Below, one piece after another: positions 1 to 14,695 of a DNA stretch of 64,000 nucleotides. The position numbers and the translations under genes were made by a program. This stretch comes from the human T2T-CHM13v2.0 reference genome, Homo sapiens. Under the pieces are notes generated by a model. That model saw nothing but the letters and a program-made list of their open reading frames with translations, searched no databases and was not told where the DNA came from. Each line of letters begins with the position of its first letter. Position 1 is the first letter of the stretch. Location: assembly GCF_009914755.1 (NCBI RefSeq), contig NC_060925.1. One strand, written 5' to 3'.

Positions 1-36
1 TAGGTCCATATACACTTAGGATTATCCTCTCTTCCT

Positions 37-340
37 TTTTCTCTTTTTTTTTTTTTTTTTTGAGGCGGAGTCTCACTCTGTCGCCCAGGCTGGAGCGCAG
101 TGCACAATCTTGGCTCACTGCAAGCTCCGCCTCCCGGGTTCATGCCATTCTCCTGCCTCAGCCTCCCGAGTAACTGGGACTACAGGCATGCGCCACCACG
201 CCTGGCTAATTTTTTTTATTTTTAGTAGATACGGGGTTTCACCATGTTAGCCAGGATGGTCTCGATCTCCTGACCTCGTGATCCGCCCGCCTCGGCCTCC
301 CAAAGTGCTGGGATTGCAGGCGTGAGCCACCGCACCCAGC
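37..340 (-). mobile_element. AluY-like
   Basis: Full Alu dimer with Y-type diagnostics; TSD tatcctctcttcct (23-36 / 341-354). Confidence 0.9.
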
Positions 341-344
341 TATC

Positions 345-1465
345 CTCTCTTCCTAATGAACGGACTCTCTAACACTATAACGTGTCCCCTTTGTCTCTGG
401 TAATACTCCTTGTCTTATATTTTTGTCTGACATGAATATAACTACAGCGACTTTCTTATGTAAACTGTTTGTAGGATGCATCTTCTTTCATCCTTTTATT
501 TTCAACTATTCATATCTTTATATTTAAAGTGCATATCTTTTAGACAATATATATTTGGGTCTTGGATTTTTATCCAGTCTGACAATCTGATATTTAACTG
601 GAGTGTTTAGCCTCACTGATATTTAGTGTAACTACTGATATGGTTGGGTATAAGTCTACCATCCTGCTATTCATTTTTGTCTCTCCCTCCTATTCTTGTC
701 CTGTTTCTTCTCTCCTGTTTCTGAGTGAATAATTTTTTTAAAATTCCATTTAATTCCTCTATTTTTTTTTAGCTATACCTCCTTTATTAGAAATTTTTGA
801 AATAGCTGCTCTCTAGGTTACAACATAAAAACCTCATGATAGTCAATTTACACTGAACATCACTTTTGTGCCATTGTTGTCATATATTTTACATATATAA
901 TATATCCCATAATACAGTTTTTTTCATTAAGTGGTCAGTTATCTTTCAAAAAAATTAAAAGAGGAAAAAAAGGCAGTCTTTTATATTTACCCAAATATTT
1001 ATCATTTCCAGTACACTTAATTTCTTCTTATAGGTTTGATTTTCCATCTAATATTATACCTCTTCAACCTGCAGGATTTCCTTTAGCATTCCTTATGATG
1101 CAGGTCTACTTGTGATGAAAAATGCCTTTATCCTATCTTCATTTTTGGAAGATAGTTTAGCTAGACACAGAATTCTGGGTTGACAGGGTTTTTAAATATT
1201 TGCTTGTTTCTCCCTTCCCCAGTATTTAAAAGATATTGCTCCATTGTTGTCTGGCTTCCACTGTTTGTGATGTAAAGTCAGCTGTCATTAGCACTATTGT
1301 TCCTCTGTATATAATAGTTTTTATTTCCTTCTAGCTATTTTAAATATTTTTTTCCTTTTTCAGCAGTTTGACTAAGATACAATGTCTGTATTTATCTAGC
1401 TTGGGGCTTGCTGAGTTTTTTGGGTCTATAAGTTGGTATTTTAAAATAAAATTGGGAAAAATTCA
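345..1465 (-). mobile_element. Old L1 (L1M) fragment, antisense
   Basis: T-rich sequence resembling the reverse complement of L1 inter-ORF/ORF1 regions (e.g. ttttatccagtctgacaatct, agaattctgggttgacag). Confidence 0.6.
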
Positions 1466-1469
1466 GCTC

Positions 1470-2510
1470 AAAAGTAGAAACAACCCAGATGTCCATCAAC
1501 TGATGAATGCGTAAATAAAATGTGCTATATCCATACAATGAAATCTTGACAATAAATAAGAATGAAGTACTGATATGTGCTACAACATGGATTAACCCTG
1601 AGAACATGTAAGTGAAAGAAACCAGGCCAGGTGTGTTAGCACATGCCTGTAATCCAAGCACTCTGGGAGGCCAAGGCAGGTAGGTTGCTTGAGGTCAGGA
1701 GTTCAAGACCAGCACAGCCAACATGGTAAAACCCTGTCTCTACTAAAAATACAGAAATGAGCCAGGTGTAGTGGTGCACACCTGTAGTCATAGCTACTTG
1801 GGAGGCTGGGACATGAGAATCACTTGAACTCAGCAGGCAGAGGTTGCAGTGAGCTGAGACTGCACCACTGCATTCCAGCTTGGATGACAGAGCAAGACTC
1901 TGTCTCAAAAAAACAAAAAACGAAAGAAAGAAACCAGTCACGGCTGGGGGTTGTGGCTTACGCCTGTAATCCCAGCACTTTGGGAGGCTGATGCAGGTGG
2001 ATCATGAGGTCAAGAGATCAAGACCATCCTGGCCAACATGGTGAAACTCCGTCTATACTAAAAATACAAAAATTAGACGGATGTGGTGGGGCCTGCCTTA
2101 ATCCCAGCTACTCGGGAGGCTGAGGCAGGAGAATCGCTTGAACCCAGGAGGCAGAGACTGCAGTGAGACAAGATTGCGCCACTGCACTCCGACACTGTTT
2201 CAAAAGAAACCAGTCACAAAAGACCACATGTGTATGGTTCTATTTATATGAAATGTCTCAATAGATAAAATCTACAGAAACAAAGTAGATTAATGCTTGC
2301 CTAGGGCTAGTATGGATGGGAAAATACAGGGTGACTGATAACAAGTGTGGGGTTTCTTGTGTGGGGTTTCTTTTTGGGATGATGAAAACGTTCTAAAATT
2401 GATTGTGGAGATGGCTATGTAACTCTGTGAATAGGCTGGAAGCCACTGAATTGTATATTCTAAATGGGCGAATTGTATGGTATGTGAATAATATGTCAAT
2501 AAAGTTGTTA
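1470..2510 (+). mobile_element. L1M 3'-end fragment interrupted by two sense Alus (~1625-1932, ~1942-2195)
   Basis: L1M 3'UTR motifs (caacccagatgtccatcaactgatgaat...gtcaataaag). Alus are flanked by aagaaacca(gtcac) repeats. Confidence 0.8.
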
Positions 2511-2887
2511 CCCACCCCCAAAAAAAGGCCAGAACTACTTTTTTTTTTTTTTTAAGAGACAGGGTCTTGCTCTCTCACTCAGGCTGGAGTACAGTGGCAC
2601 AAACTTCTGGGCTCAAGTGATCCTCCTGCCTTGGCTTCCCAAAGTGCTGGGATTATAGGTGTGAACCACCTTGCCCAGCCAAGGCCAGCTCTCCTAACTC
2701 AAAATTCTGGGTTTTTATAAAATGCTTAATATTTTACAATCTCCTTTCATATTTATATTATTTTAAATTTTACTTATTGAAATTCATTAATTTTAATTGC
2801 CTCATGTTTTTCTTTGGATGCTTTCAATGAACATAACCAATAGAATAACATAAAATATCACCTGAATTTTAAAATGACATCTAACTA

Positions 2888-3381
<494 letters not shown>

Positions 3382-4034
3382 CTAAATCTTGTAATTATGT
3401 ATAAGGAAGTCATCAAAGTGGTAGTTTTCTTTTAAATACGAATTTATAGCTAACACCTATTTTACATGGATTATCTCATGTGATTTTTTTCTCAATTCTG
3501 AGGTCAGCAGGAAAGGTGGTATTATCCCCATTTTTCAGATCAGTAACTGAGGCTCAAAGAGTAATATATGTACTCTTTGACCAAGATAACACATAATTCA
3601 CTTACCCAGGAATTTTAATTCTAAATATAGTATTCTTCTACACTACACCAAAAGGACTGATTTTCTCTCTTCTTTTTTACTTTGCTTTTTTTTTTCCTAG
3701 TGTAGAACTTCTTTTCCCCTTTTTCATTGACACATTAAACACAAACGGCAGAGGAAAAGTAGAAGTATAATCATTTTCTTTTTTTAGAGATGCGGTCTTG
3801 CTATGTTGCCCAGGCTAGTCTCAAACTCCTGACCTCAAGCTATCCTCCTGCCTCAGCCACTATGCCCAGCTATTTATTTAACTCTTATTTCTGAAGGAAT
3901 GGAGAGTTTGGAACAGGGCCATAAAACAATATTCCATTATCCTGTAGGGACACATTTATAGCACTGTTTTCTCCAAATACTCCTATGGTTACTCTATTTA
4001 GATAAAGCAACTGTGAACAGAAAATAACTTTTGG

Positions 4035-4325
4035 TTTTTCTTTGAGACAGAGTCTCGCTCTGTCACCCAGGCTGGAGTGCAGTGGCATGATCTCAGCTCA
4101 CTGAACTTCCACCTCCTGGGTTCAAGCGATTCTCGTGCCTCAGCCTCCCGAGGAGCTGGGACTATAGGTGCACGCCACCACAACTGACTAATTTTTTGGT
4201 ATTTTTAATAGAGACAGAGTTTTGCCAAGTTGGCCAGGCTGGTCTTGAACTTCTGACCTCAACTGATCTGCCCGCCTCAGCCTCCCGAAATGCTGGGATT
4301 AAGACATGAGCCACCGCGCCTGGCC
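4035..4325 (-). mobile_element. AluS
   Basis: Alu dimer; TSD-like cagaaa(a/t)taacttt. Confidence 0.88.
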
Positions 4326-5687
4326 AGAAATTAACTTTTAGTGTCTACAATATACAGTCTAATTATATTTTCTGGAACTGCATATGGATTAAAAGTCCCC
4401 GATGTATTCTGTTCAGTTATCAGGACAGTAATTACATTATTCCATGTTTTCCCGTACTAACAGTTTTTGTCTAATCTAAAAAATATTATGTCTTTATTCA
4501 TCAAGATGGACAGAGCCTAAAATATTAACTGTGATATATAATAGCTAATCTTAATGTTCTATAAACATATGAACATACTCGCTTGAGAGAAAGATCACCA
4601 AAGTAGTGCAGGGTAAATTGATCTTGCCTTAGAAAACGAATCTATCTCCAATCAGAATCAAGGAGTGTTTCTGGAAAGTCCTCTATTTCTGGCAAACAAC
4701 TTAAGGCAAATCTCCTCAGTTCTGTGTATCCTTAAAGCAGTTGCCACATTAATTTTTCTACTCCAAGACAGAGTAGGATAGTAACTATTACCTGAATTTC
4801 AGGAAGTAAACAACTAAGAAGAAGAAAGAAGGGACACAGGCAAAAAGTGGATATTGAATTTTTTATTCAAACTAAATTTGAGTTAACCTAGTGTAGCACA
4901 AAGATCCCTGAAGTACAAGTTAGAAGACACGAGTGTCAGTTGATTCTGCCTCTTGCTTATCTGTGTAATTTTGAGCAAGTCATTTTTATTTTGAGCAAGT
5001 CATCTGATCATTCTTTTCTTCATCTTTACAACGGGGTTGAAAATACTTTTTTGTGCTTCTTATTCCCCAAGATTACTGTGAGGGTCAACTGACAAAGTAT
5101 CTATGAAATTATAAAGCCCTATGCAAATGTACAGTTATATATACATATATATGTGTTTATATGTATGTGTGTATGTGTGTAGACTTTGATTACTTTCCAG
5201 TATTAGTCAAGTTTGACTCATAGAAATAGTCTCTGACTTACAGGAATTCACAGTTGAGAGAGGGAACAAACATTAAAAATAAACACTACAATAAAGGAAA
5301 AAGTAAGGTAACAGAGGTATATACCAAATGTTATTGGAGCCCAGCAAAGAGATAAACGAATCTGAGGAGAAAAGTCAGTTGCCATAAAGATGACAACTAC
5401 GCTTCAAGGAAGAGGCTGAGTTGCTAGAATTTCATCCAGATACATGGGCTTCAAGATATGCAAAGAATCATAAAACCTCTGTTACAACCAGTTCTGCCTT
5501 CAATGATTAAAAGTAGTACTTAACCTCTTTAGACCTCTCTTACCACAAGTCTAAAATAAAGGGTTTTGGCAAAATAAACCCATAAGTCCCGCCAGTCCTA
5601 CAATTAGATGATTCTATGAGTCAAACTCTGTTCATTGTACATATACCAAGAAAGAGGGTTCAAGAAAGTAGTAAGCCAGAACTATTA

Positions 5688-6316
<629 letters not shown>

Positions 6317-6892
6317 GGAGTCCTCCCATTCCCATTAACTGCTTTTTCTTGGAATCTGAAGTCTAAGAACAATATTTAGAAAAATATCTAGCTAGAAAAA
6401 GCTCTAGCACAATGAAGAGTAGAAATTGGAAGGATATCAAAAAGGGGAGAAGCAAAACAATACACGATAGCAAGGAATGAAGCATTCAGTTCTGCAAAGA
6501 TATCACTTAGACCAGTAAGGAAATAGGTAGTAAATAGGAAGTTATAATATTTACATTCTTATTCCAAGAAAAACGGAGTAAAACCATAACCAGACCTTAA
6601 AATTTACACTTCCATAAAATGAAGTTGTTTGAGTTTTTGCCTTGGTAAACCACTTCTAAAAAAACCTATTTGTATCAAGAGTTCAGTTTAGGCATTATAA
6701 AGAAAAGGATCAAAAACCTAAATATACACAACTCAATTAGTTTCAGAAATGGTACCAAAAGTGGATATCAGGTAATCCACCAAACATTTATTAAACTATG
6801 TTTAATAGGGCAAGTTGTTATAAAACACAGTCCAAGTACTCAAGGGATTCACCGATTTAAGACTGTAAACAACAAAGTATAGTAACTCTTAC

Positions 6893-6990
6893 CCATCAAT
6901 GATATTTTCAGGTGGGTGTTTTTCATCACTTGATGTAGCTAAAATCACTTCGGACCCTTCAGAGCTCAGACAGAGATCAATTTTTCTCAT
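6893..6990 (-). CDS. HSPB11: HSPB11/IFT25 (intraflagellar transport 25) first coding exon; exon 6893-7005, ATG at 6990; rest of CDS lies left of the window
   Basis: Reverse complement reads ttttaatttgcag|gttaaacactttaagATG... and translates MRKIDLCLSSEGSEVILATSSDEKHPPENIID(G)|gtaagag. This is the recognised N-terminus of human HSPB11/IFT25, with canonical AG/GT ends. Confidence 0.95.
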
Positions 6991-7627
6991 CTTAAAGTGT
7001 TTAACCTGCAAATTAAAAAATAACAAAAAAAGCAACTTCTTGATTCTCTAAACTTTATCTGAGAAAACGAAGTGAGAAGGAAAGGCTGTTGCCTAGCAGA
7101 TGGTTTAACACCCAAGCTATTCAACATGTGGGAGGGACTCTAACATGTTTGTTTAGGTAAGAAACCTCTCCCAGGGATAATCTATAAGACATGACTATTT
7201 CTGCTACTCTGCTTCACAAAATAAGTCCCTGACTACCCTAGCCAAACAAAAAAACAAAAACACAGAGGTACAGGAAGAAGGTCAACCGAGGAGAACAACA
7301 TGGAATACCATAAAAATACTCGATTAATTTGAAAGAAGGCAGAAAAAGAGAAACAAAAGAATAAAGAAAAATGGGACAAATAGAAAACAAATAGCAAGAA
7401 CACAGATTTAAGCAAAAATACATCAATTATTCCATTGAGTGTTAATAAACATTCAATTATTAAATTAAAAAAACAACTAAATACTGTTTTCCAGAGATAC
7501 ATTCTAAATATAAAGATACAGACTAAAAGCAAAATGACAGAATAAGGTATAAAGTCTTAATGTCTGGCAAGGTAAATTTCCCTACTTTTCTTAAAATTTT
7601 TAAAAATTTTCATTATTTTATGTTTTA

Positions 7628-8297
<670 letters not shown>

Positions 8298-8759
8298 AAT
8301 ATCAATATTTTATAAAAATGCATTTCTTCTTAGTTTTTGTTTATTAGCATAAAGTTCACTTTCTATTATATTTTAAAAACTAGTATTGATAGTATTAAAA
8401 GTGTGGTAACATTGGTAAGAAATAAAAACATATATTTTAATTTTTTGTGCCTTTTTTCTCTACCAATCTTACCACAGTTTTCGACACTATTGATACCAGA
8501 GAACCAGTCAGTGTGGGATGAACATTGTCAAGCCTTAGTTTTAAGAGGAGAAAGATGGTGAATTCTGTAAATACAGATTGATAAACTTGAATGCTAATTC
8601 TCGACAAAATCCTAAAATTATTAAATTTCATTATTAAAATGGTAACCTTGAAAATGTAACCAAGGAAGTACTAAAATTGGAAGTAGCAGTAACATTAGTT
8701 TACAAGCTATACCAAACCTATATATTTCGGTTTGTCTGATGGAATTCCTACCCATCTGG

Positions 8760-9900
8760 AACATGTTCTAAAGATTTCAACAAAGCTTCAGACAAAGCTT
8801 CTCAAGATACCCTGTGGACCCGACAGAGAAATATGAATTGGGTGATAGCTAGTACTCTAGGTAGATATTTCTAACTCTGAGTGGCTATACTCAAAGAATG
8901 ATGATTAATGGAAGAAAATGAACTTGTGGAGGACTTCTATCCTTATCCTACTCAACATTTTTATTAATTAAGGATGCACAAAGTATGCTTATCAATTTTG
9001 CAGACACAAAGCTGGGATGTCAGCTGATATGCTAGGTGACAGAATTAGCATTCAAAAAGAAATGAGCAAGCTAGAAAGACGACTTGCAATGAGTAAGATA
9101 TTTAATAAGGATAAAAGTAAAAACCTATACTCAGTTTTGAAAAAAATCCATCATACAAGGGTTGGTCTAAATCAGGGGTTAGCAAACTACTGCCTGTGAG
9201 CCATATCTAGCCTGCCATCTGTTTTTGTATGGCCCACAAGCTAAAAATGCGTTTAACATTTTAAAATATTTTTAAAAATCAAAATATTCTGTGACACACA
9301 AAAATTACATGAAACTCAGATTTTAACGTCCATGAATTATATTGGAAAGTGGCTATGCTCATTCACTTATATATTGCCTATGGCTGATTATATGTTACAG
9401 TGACATAGCTGAGTCACTGTGAAAGACCATAAGGCCCATAAAACCTGAAATATTTACTATTTGGCCCTTTACAAAAAAGTTTGCCAACCTCTGATCTGAT
9501 AAAACATATAGGTTTGGTTGACCACAAAGTCAATATAAGGTAACAGTGTACTCTATCTGCCCCTAAAGGTAATGGAATGCTATCTTAGAGTTAAGGAAGT
9601 ACCACATTCCATCAACATTTTTGAACACCAATTGAACAAAGGGCCAACCACTGTGCTAGTAGTGCAAAGATGAATAAAACAACCTAAGTGACTAAGACTT
9701 GGTTCTTGCCTTCAAGCTCAGAGTCAAGGAAGATGAATAAGCATGAAACTAACAGTACAATATGCTATGTGCTAACATCATGTGACGCACATCCAGAATA
9801 CTGTGTTCAGTTCTGGGTACTACGTTTTAAGTAGGACATTGTCAGGCGTGATATTGTTCGGAGGAGAGTAAAAAGTTCATGATGATCTATAAACCATATT
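8760..9900 (+). mobile_element. L3/CR1 LINE remnant
   Basis: Degenerate CR1 RT motifs: gatttcaacaaagcttcagacaaa (DFSKAFDK-like), tttgcagacacaaagctggg (FADDTKL-like), gaatactgtgttcagttctgg (EYCVQFW). Confidence 0.65.
9173..9493. mobile_element. MER58 (hAT-Charlie MITE) inserted in the L3/CR1
   Basis: TIRs caggggttagcaaact ... agtttgccaacctctg; ~320 bp. Confidence 0.8.
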
Positions 9901-10301
9901 ACATAGAAAAAGGTGAAAAATAGAAATGCGACTATAATTTTTACTCTCAGTGGTGCTCACAAATGGAAAAAGGATTTAAATTTCTTTTTTTTTACACCTC
10001 CTGGGGCGTGAACTGGACTCAACAAATGCACATTTTAAGCAGGAAGACTTTGGAGAGACAAGGACTTTCGTTCAAAGTAAAGATTTTAAATTTCTTTCAT
10101 CCCTGAAAACGTCCAAGAAAAGTCGGTAAGAGATCATAATCTATGGAAGAAGGCAAAGAAATCTACGAAGGAAGCCAAAGAAAGGATTCCTGCATTGGTA
10201 GTTCTCTTAGGCTGAGTCAGATTTTAGGAAAGGTAGATTGGGAATAGATAATGAAAGATCTGAAAAGCCAGGTTAATGGCAATGAACTTTATCCTGTACT
10301 C

Positions 10302-10480
10302 CAGTGGTTCTCAACTGGACTGGGTGTAGATTTTGGCCTCCAAGGGACACTTCAAAACATCTGAAGTTTTAACTGTCACAACTTGGGAGGGAACGCTGCT
10401 AAATATACCATCATATACGGGACAGCACATCCTCAAGTAATTATTGGTCCCAAGTATAAATAGTGTAAAGCTGGGGAAAC
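10302..10480. mobile_element. MER20-like hAT MITE
   Basis: Begins cagtggttctcaac and ends ...aatagtgtaaagctggggaaac. Confidence 0.6.
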
Positions 10481-10536
10481 TATGCAGTAATCTATTTGGC
10501 GGTGGAAATGTGAGGGTTGGAGATGTAGGGAGAGAA

Positions 10537-10828
<292 letters not shown>

Positions 10829-11132
10829 GGATAACTTGTTTTTTAAAAGAGAGTTACACTTTAGGGTTGATATGGAGCAGATGAATAGGAAAGAATGTAC
10901 TCTCCAAATGTTCAGTTCTTTTCTTACCTCACATTCTTAAGTTTTCTGAGAGAAGCAAACACATGCTTTAATACAAAACTCATTTCACACCTTCTATATT
11001 CACCATTACCCTTCCTATTTCCTGTTTTGGGTAGAATTACTTAAGTAGAAACGGCAGAGACTTGGTTTTCTTTAAGGTTCTTTGTTGCAGTTAATGAGAA
11101 GAGGCAACCAACCTTAGAGAAATCCATACAAT

Positions 11133-11565
11133 GCCAGGCCTGGTGACTCGCCTGTAATCCTGACACTTTGGAAGGCCGAGGTGGGCGAACAGCTTGAGCT
11201 CACAAGTTCAAGACCAGCCTGGGCAACATGGTGAAACCCCAAAACCCTCTCTACTAAAAATTCAAAAATTAGCCGGACCTGGTGGCAGGCGCCTGTAATC
11301 CCAGCACTTTGGGAGGCCCAGGCAGGCGGATCACTTGAGGCCAGCGGTTCAAGACCAGCCTGACCAACATGGTGAAACCTCGTCTCTACTAAAAATATAA
11401 AAATTAGCTGGGTGTGGTGGCAGGTGCCTGTAATCCCAGCTACTCCGGAGGCTGAGGCAGGAGAAGCTCCTGAACCCAGGAAGCGGAGGCTCAGTGAGGC
11501 GAGACCGCGCCACTGCACTCCAGCGTGGGCGACGAGCGATTATGTCTCCAAAAAACAAAACAAAG
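11133..11565 (+). mobile_element. Chimeric trimeric Alu (left-left-right)
   Basis: Two left monomers precede one right monomer. Confidence 0.8.
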
Positions 11566-12462
11566 TGCAGGTTTGGGAGGTAGTCTAATCCCCCACCCCT
11601 TTAGAGCAAGGCAATTTCCTCAGGGCCGCAGTTTACCAAAGGTGGTACACTCTGGGGTGCTATCCTTTCCATTTTTTACAATCCCTGACCCTGGTATTCC
11701 CTGATGCCTTATCCTGTCTTCTAAACCAGTGCCACTGGTTTCGTCCCCAGTTCACCCTTTCATCGCTAGCTCACATGCCCTTTGTGGTCCTTCTTTCCCC
11801 AAACCTCTTCAGGTCAAGTCCTTAGAGGACCTTCTCCCTGACCAGCTCCCTTGGTTCTGGTGCTACAGCTGGACTCCTCACGCTCTTTCTTCAAGCATCA
11901 TCCATTGGGAACGTGGTGTACTTTAGAAAACACGGACCCGGCCTAAGGCTTCTGTCTCCGAGGGGCCAGGGCCACGGCTTCCAAGGCAAACCAGCCCTGG
12001 CACCACCTTCTCACCTCCATCCCAAACCCTCCTCCTCAGTTCAAGGCCCTAAAGCCTCAGACTTGTGGAGGCCCGCCCCAAATTATGTAAAGAATATATA
12101 AATGCCCCCGACCTTAGGTACAATTTATAGCTAGATGTGTTACGTTGCGGCTGACAGCTTACATTACATTTTGGTAGACTAATTAATTTCGATTTACAAC
12201 TGGTTTTCCCTTTTGGGGGGTCAAGACGCTATTTCTGGCCTCAAAGAGTTTCGTGGGCTGGTAGTGGCGCTTCCAGGGTCTAGAGGAAAAGGCGGGCCCG
12301 CGTCAGACCTCCCGCCGCGGCCCTTCCACGCCTCCCGCCGCGCGTCTCTTCACCACCCCTCCACTGTTGCTCCCTTCCCACCAACATCCCCGTCCTTCTG
12401 CCTTGCCCGGCCAGGCCCCCATACCCTCTGGTGCCAGCCTGCCTACCCCGCTACCCGCTCAC

Positions 12463-12600
12463 CTGGGACTCCCGTTAGCTCTGGGCGCCGGACCTTCCGG
12501 GCTCGAAACCTCCCTTGCGCCCCGCCCCACGCAGAGCGTCCCGACCCGCAGCTCCGCCTGCTCGCCGCGGCCTCCGTGGAGTCCGGGGTCGCGCGCGCTC
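12463..12600 (-). other. HSPB11: Probable non-coding 5' exon of HSPB11/IFT25 (5' boundary uncertain)
   Basis: Strong minus-strand donor CAG|GTGAGC (plus strand gctcacctg, 12457-12465) inside the CpG island. A second candidate donor GAG|GTGGGC lies at ~13144. Confidence 0.6.
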
Positions 12601-12972
12601 CAACTCTGAAATCTTCGCGCCACGCCTCCCACAAGCCCCGTCCCACCCTCAGCCCCGCCCCTTCGCCGCGGCCACCGCTGAGTTTCCGGGCGCGCGCTCC
12701 TACCCCGAGCTCTTTGCGCCACGACTCCCACAGGCCCCGCCCTGCCCTCAGCCCCGCCCCACCCCGCCACCGCGGCCTCCACCGAGTTCCCGGGCGCGCT
12801 CGCTCCACCGAGTTCCCGGGCGCGCTCGCTCCTACCCCGAGCTTTTCGCGCCACGCCTCCCAGAGGCCCCACCCCGCCTCAGCCCCGCCCCCTCGCGGCG
12901 GCCTCGGCCCCTCCTACCCCTAGCTCTTAGCGCCACGCCTCCCACAGGCCCCGCCCACAATCGGCCCCGCCC
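12563..12972. repeat. Degenerate ~100-bp tandem repeat (about 4 units) with an internal perfect 26-bp duplication (12777-12802 / 12803-12828)
   Basis: Unit core ctcctaccccgagctYttYgcgccacgcctcccacaggccccgccc...ctcagccccgcccc recurs at ~12597, 12697, 12829 and 12911. Confidence 0.85.
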
Positions 12973-13379
12973 TCTCCGGCTCCCATTACTTCGCGGGCCA
13001 AGATGCGAAACCACTCCTGTGCGCCTTTCCCCAGGCCAGTCCCGGGGCGCGCGCTGCCTACCCTCCCCCAGCTCAGCTCTATCCCCGGGGCCCGCAGGAC
13101 CCAGGGGACCCACCCTCCCGCGAGCACGCACGCGCAGGGCCCACCTCTGCGAGTTCCAAACCCTCGGCCCTCGGGTCGCCTGCCCTGGGCCTGGCCCCGC
13201 CTCCAGGTCCGGCCCCGCCTTCGTGCCGGGGCCCGCGCACGCGCGCCTCCCCGGCCCAGCCTTGCTCCCGCCCCCGCCGGTCCCGCGGTCCCACGGCGCC
13301 TGGTTGCCCCCAGCCCCCTCCCTCCTCCCACCTTCACTGTGTCCCACCCTTCCTAGCTTTGTGCCCGGGGTGCTGAGCC

Positions 13380-13457
13380 CTTCCCCGTCAGCCGGGCCGC
13401 GGGAGGAGGGAGCCGTCACCGAGGAGCTGCCGCTCGCTGCCCCGGGCAGGGGCACAG
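13380..13457 (+). other. LRRC42: LRRC42 non-coding first exon (TSS approximate)
   Basis: Donor CAG|GTAGGT at 13457/13458 at the 3' edge of the CpG island. Confidence 0.7.
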
Positions 13458-14695
13458 GTAGGTGGCGGCCGCGGGCCGGGCCGCTCGCGGGGCCCCGGGT
13501 TGCGTGTGGGAGCGGGGGCGGGGTGTTAGGGAGGGGCGGGGTGGGGGAGGGGACGCCCCAGAGGGACGGCGGGGCGCGGGTTGAGGGGAGGATGAGGTAT
13601 ACTGGTGGGGGCGATGGGTTTAAGGGTGGCGTAGGGGTGCGGGGGCAGGCTATGGGGACGTGTGAGAATTGGGGTTCGGGGCCTGGGTGGGACAGGGAGC
13701 AGGATTAGCCTGGGTGGACTCGGGGAGAGGCATGCTTGGGGAGAGAGCGGGAAGAAGGAAGGGGGAAGGGAATGGGATTTTAGGGGTTCAAGGAGGAAAC
13801 GAGATAGGATAGGAATAGAGAGGGTGGGGTCTTGGGGGCAGGGAAGAAAAGTTGGGGGTGTGGAATGCCAAGTTGGGGATAGTGAGGCGTGAAGGAAGAG
13901 GGTCTTGAAGATTGAGAACAGAAGGCAAGGAAAGGGATGGAGAGATTGGGGTCCTAGGAGAGGGAAGCCCCTAGAGTGGGAAGAAGGGAAGAATAGATGG
14001 TGAAGGAGAGGAGTGGGGGGTGGAGGAGTGTGGGGAAGGAAGGGGAGGCAGGTGAAGGTTGGGAGATCGGAGGTTGGAAGGTTGGGTCTGTGGGACAGCA
14101 AGCCACCTTTCACCAGGGGCTCGGAAGGGCTGGAAGGGTCTGAAGGTTGAAAGGGGCAGGAGAGCTGGGGTGGGCGAAGGGAGTGGGGTTAGGATTTTTG
14201 GTGTGAGAAGCGCTAGAATTGGTAAGAGTGTCACGTTGTGGGAGAGACTGGCATGTTCTTGGAGGGAAGTAGGGAGCCTGAAAGGGTATGGGTGAGAAGG
14301 CAGGTAGGAAAGTGCATATTATAGGAAAAAAGTAGTGAGGAAAGTTGAAAATTGAAGAATGGGGACACACAGAACAATGAAGGTGGATTGTTGGTTATTG
14401 GTGGTTTAGAACTACCCATAGTTTAGTTTCTGTTTAGGTTTTTATGTTAGAAATTTTCCCAAGAATACTGCATTTTCAGATAAACCAAAAGTGTCTGCAG
14501 CCTTGGGATGAAGGCCATGGGTTGGCAGATGTTCTCCTGGTATATGGATGTAGCTCATTTTGGGCCTGGCTGAGGGAAGAAGGGAGGCCTCGTTGTAAAT
14601 GTCCTGGCTGTGTTCCCACTAGCTCTTTCCCCAGATGTGCACTGTTTTTTTGTTTGCTTTTGTTTTTTAATCTTATCCCCACCCCCTCCCCCCAG

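Larger units (their letters stand above)
12230..13600. promoter_or_regulatory. CpG island / bidirectional promoter shared by HSPB11 (-) and LRRC42 (+)
   Basis: Very high GC and CpG density against a CpG-poor background. Many GC boxes (gccccgccc), E2F-like TTTCGCGC at 12844-12851, NRF1-like GCGCACGCGC at ~13235. Splice donors point outward on both strands. Confidence 0.9.

Noticed and set aside
12563-12972. Repeat array as a CRISPR-like structure
   Set aside because: The units are degenerate tandem copies with no unique spacers, in human DNA with no cas genes.
12213-14295. Long ORFs (397, 236, 207, 195 aa) over the CpG island
   Set aside because: Pro/Arg/Gly/Ala-rich low-complexity translations, several from non-ATG starts, open on both strands. 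This is expected from the scarcity of stops in GC-rich DNA, and their internal repeats mirror the DNA tandem unit.
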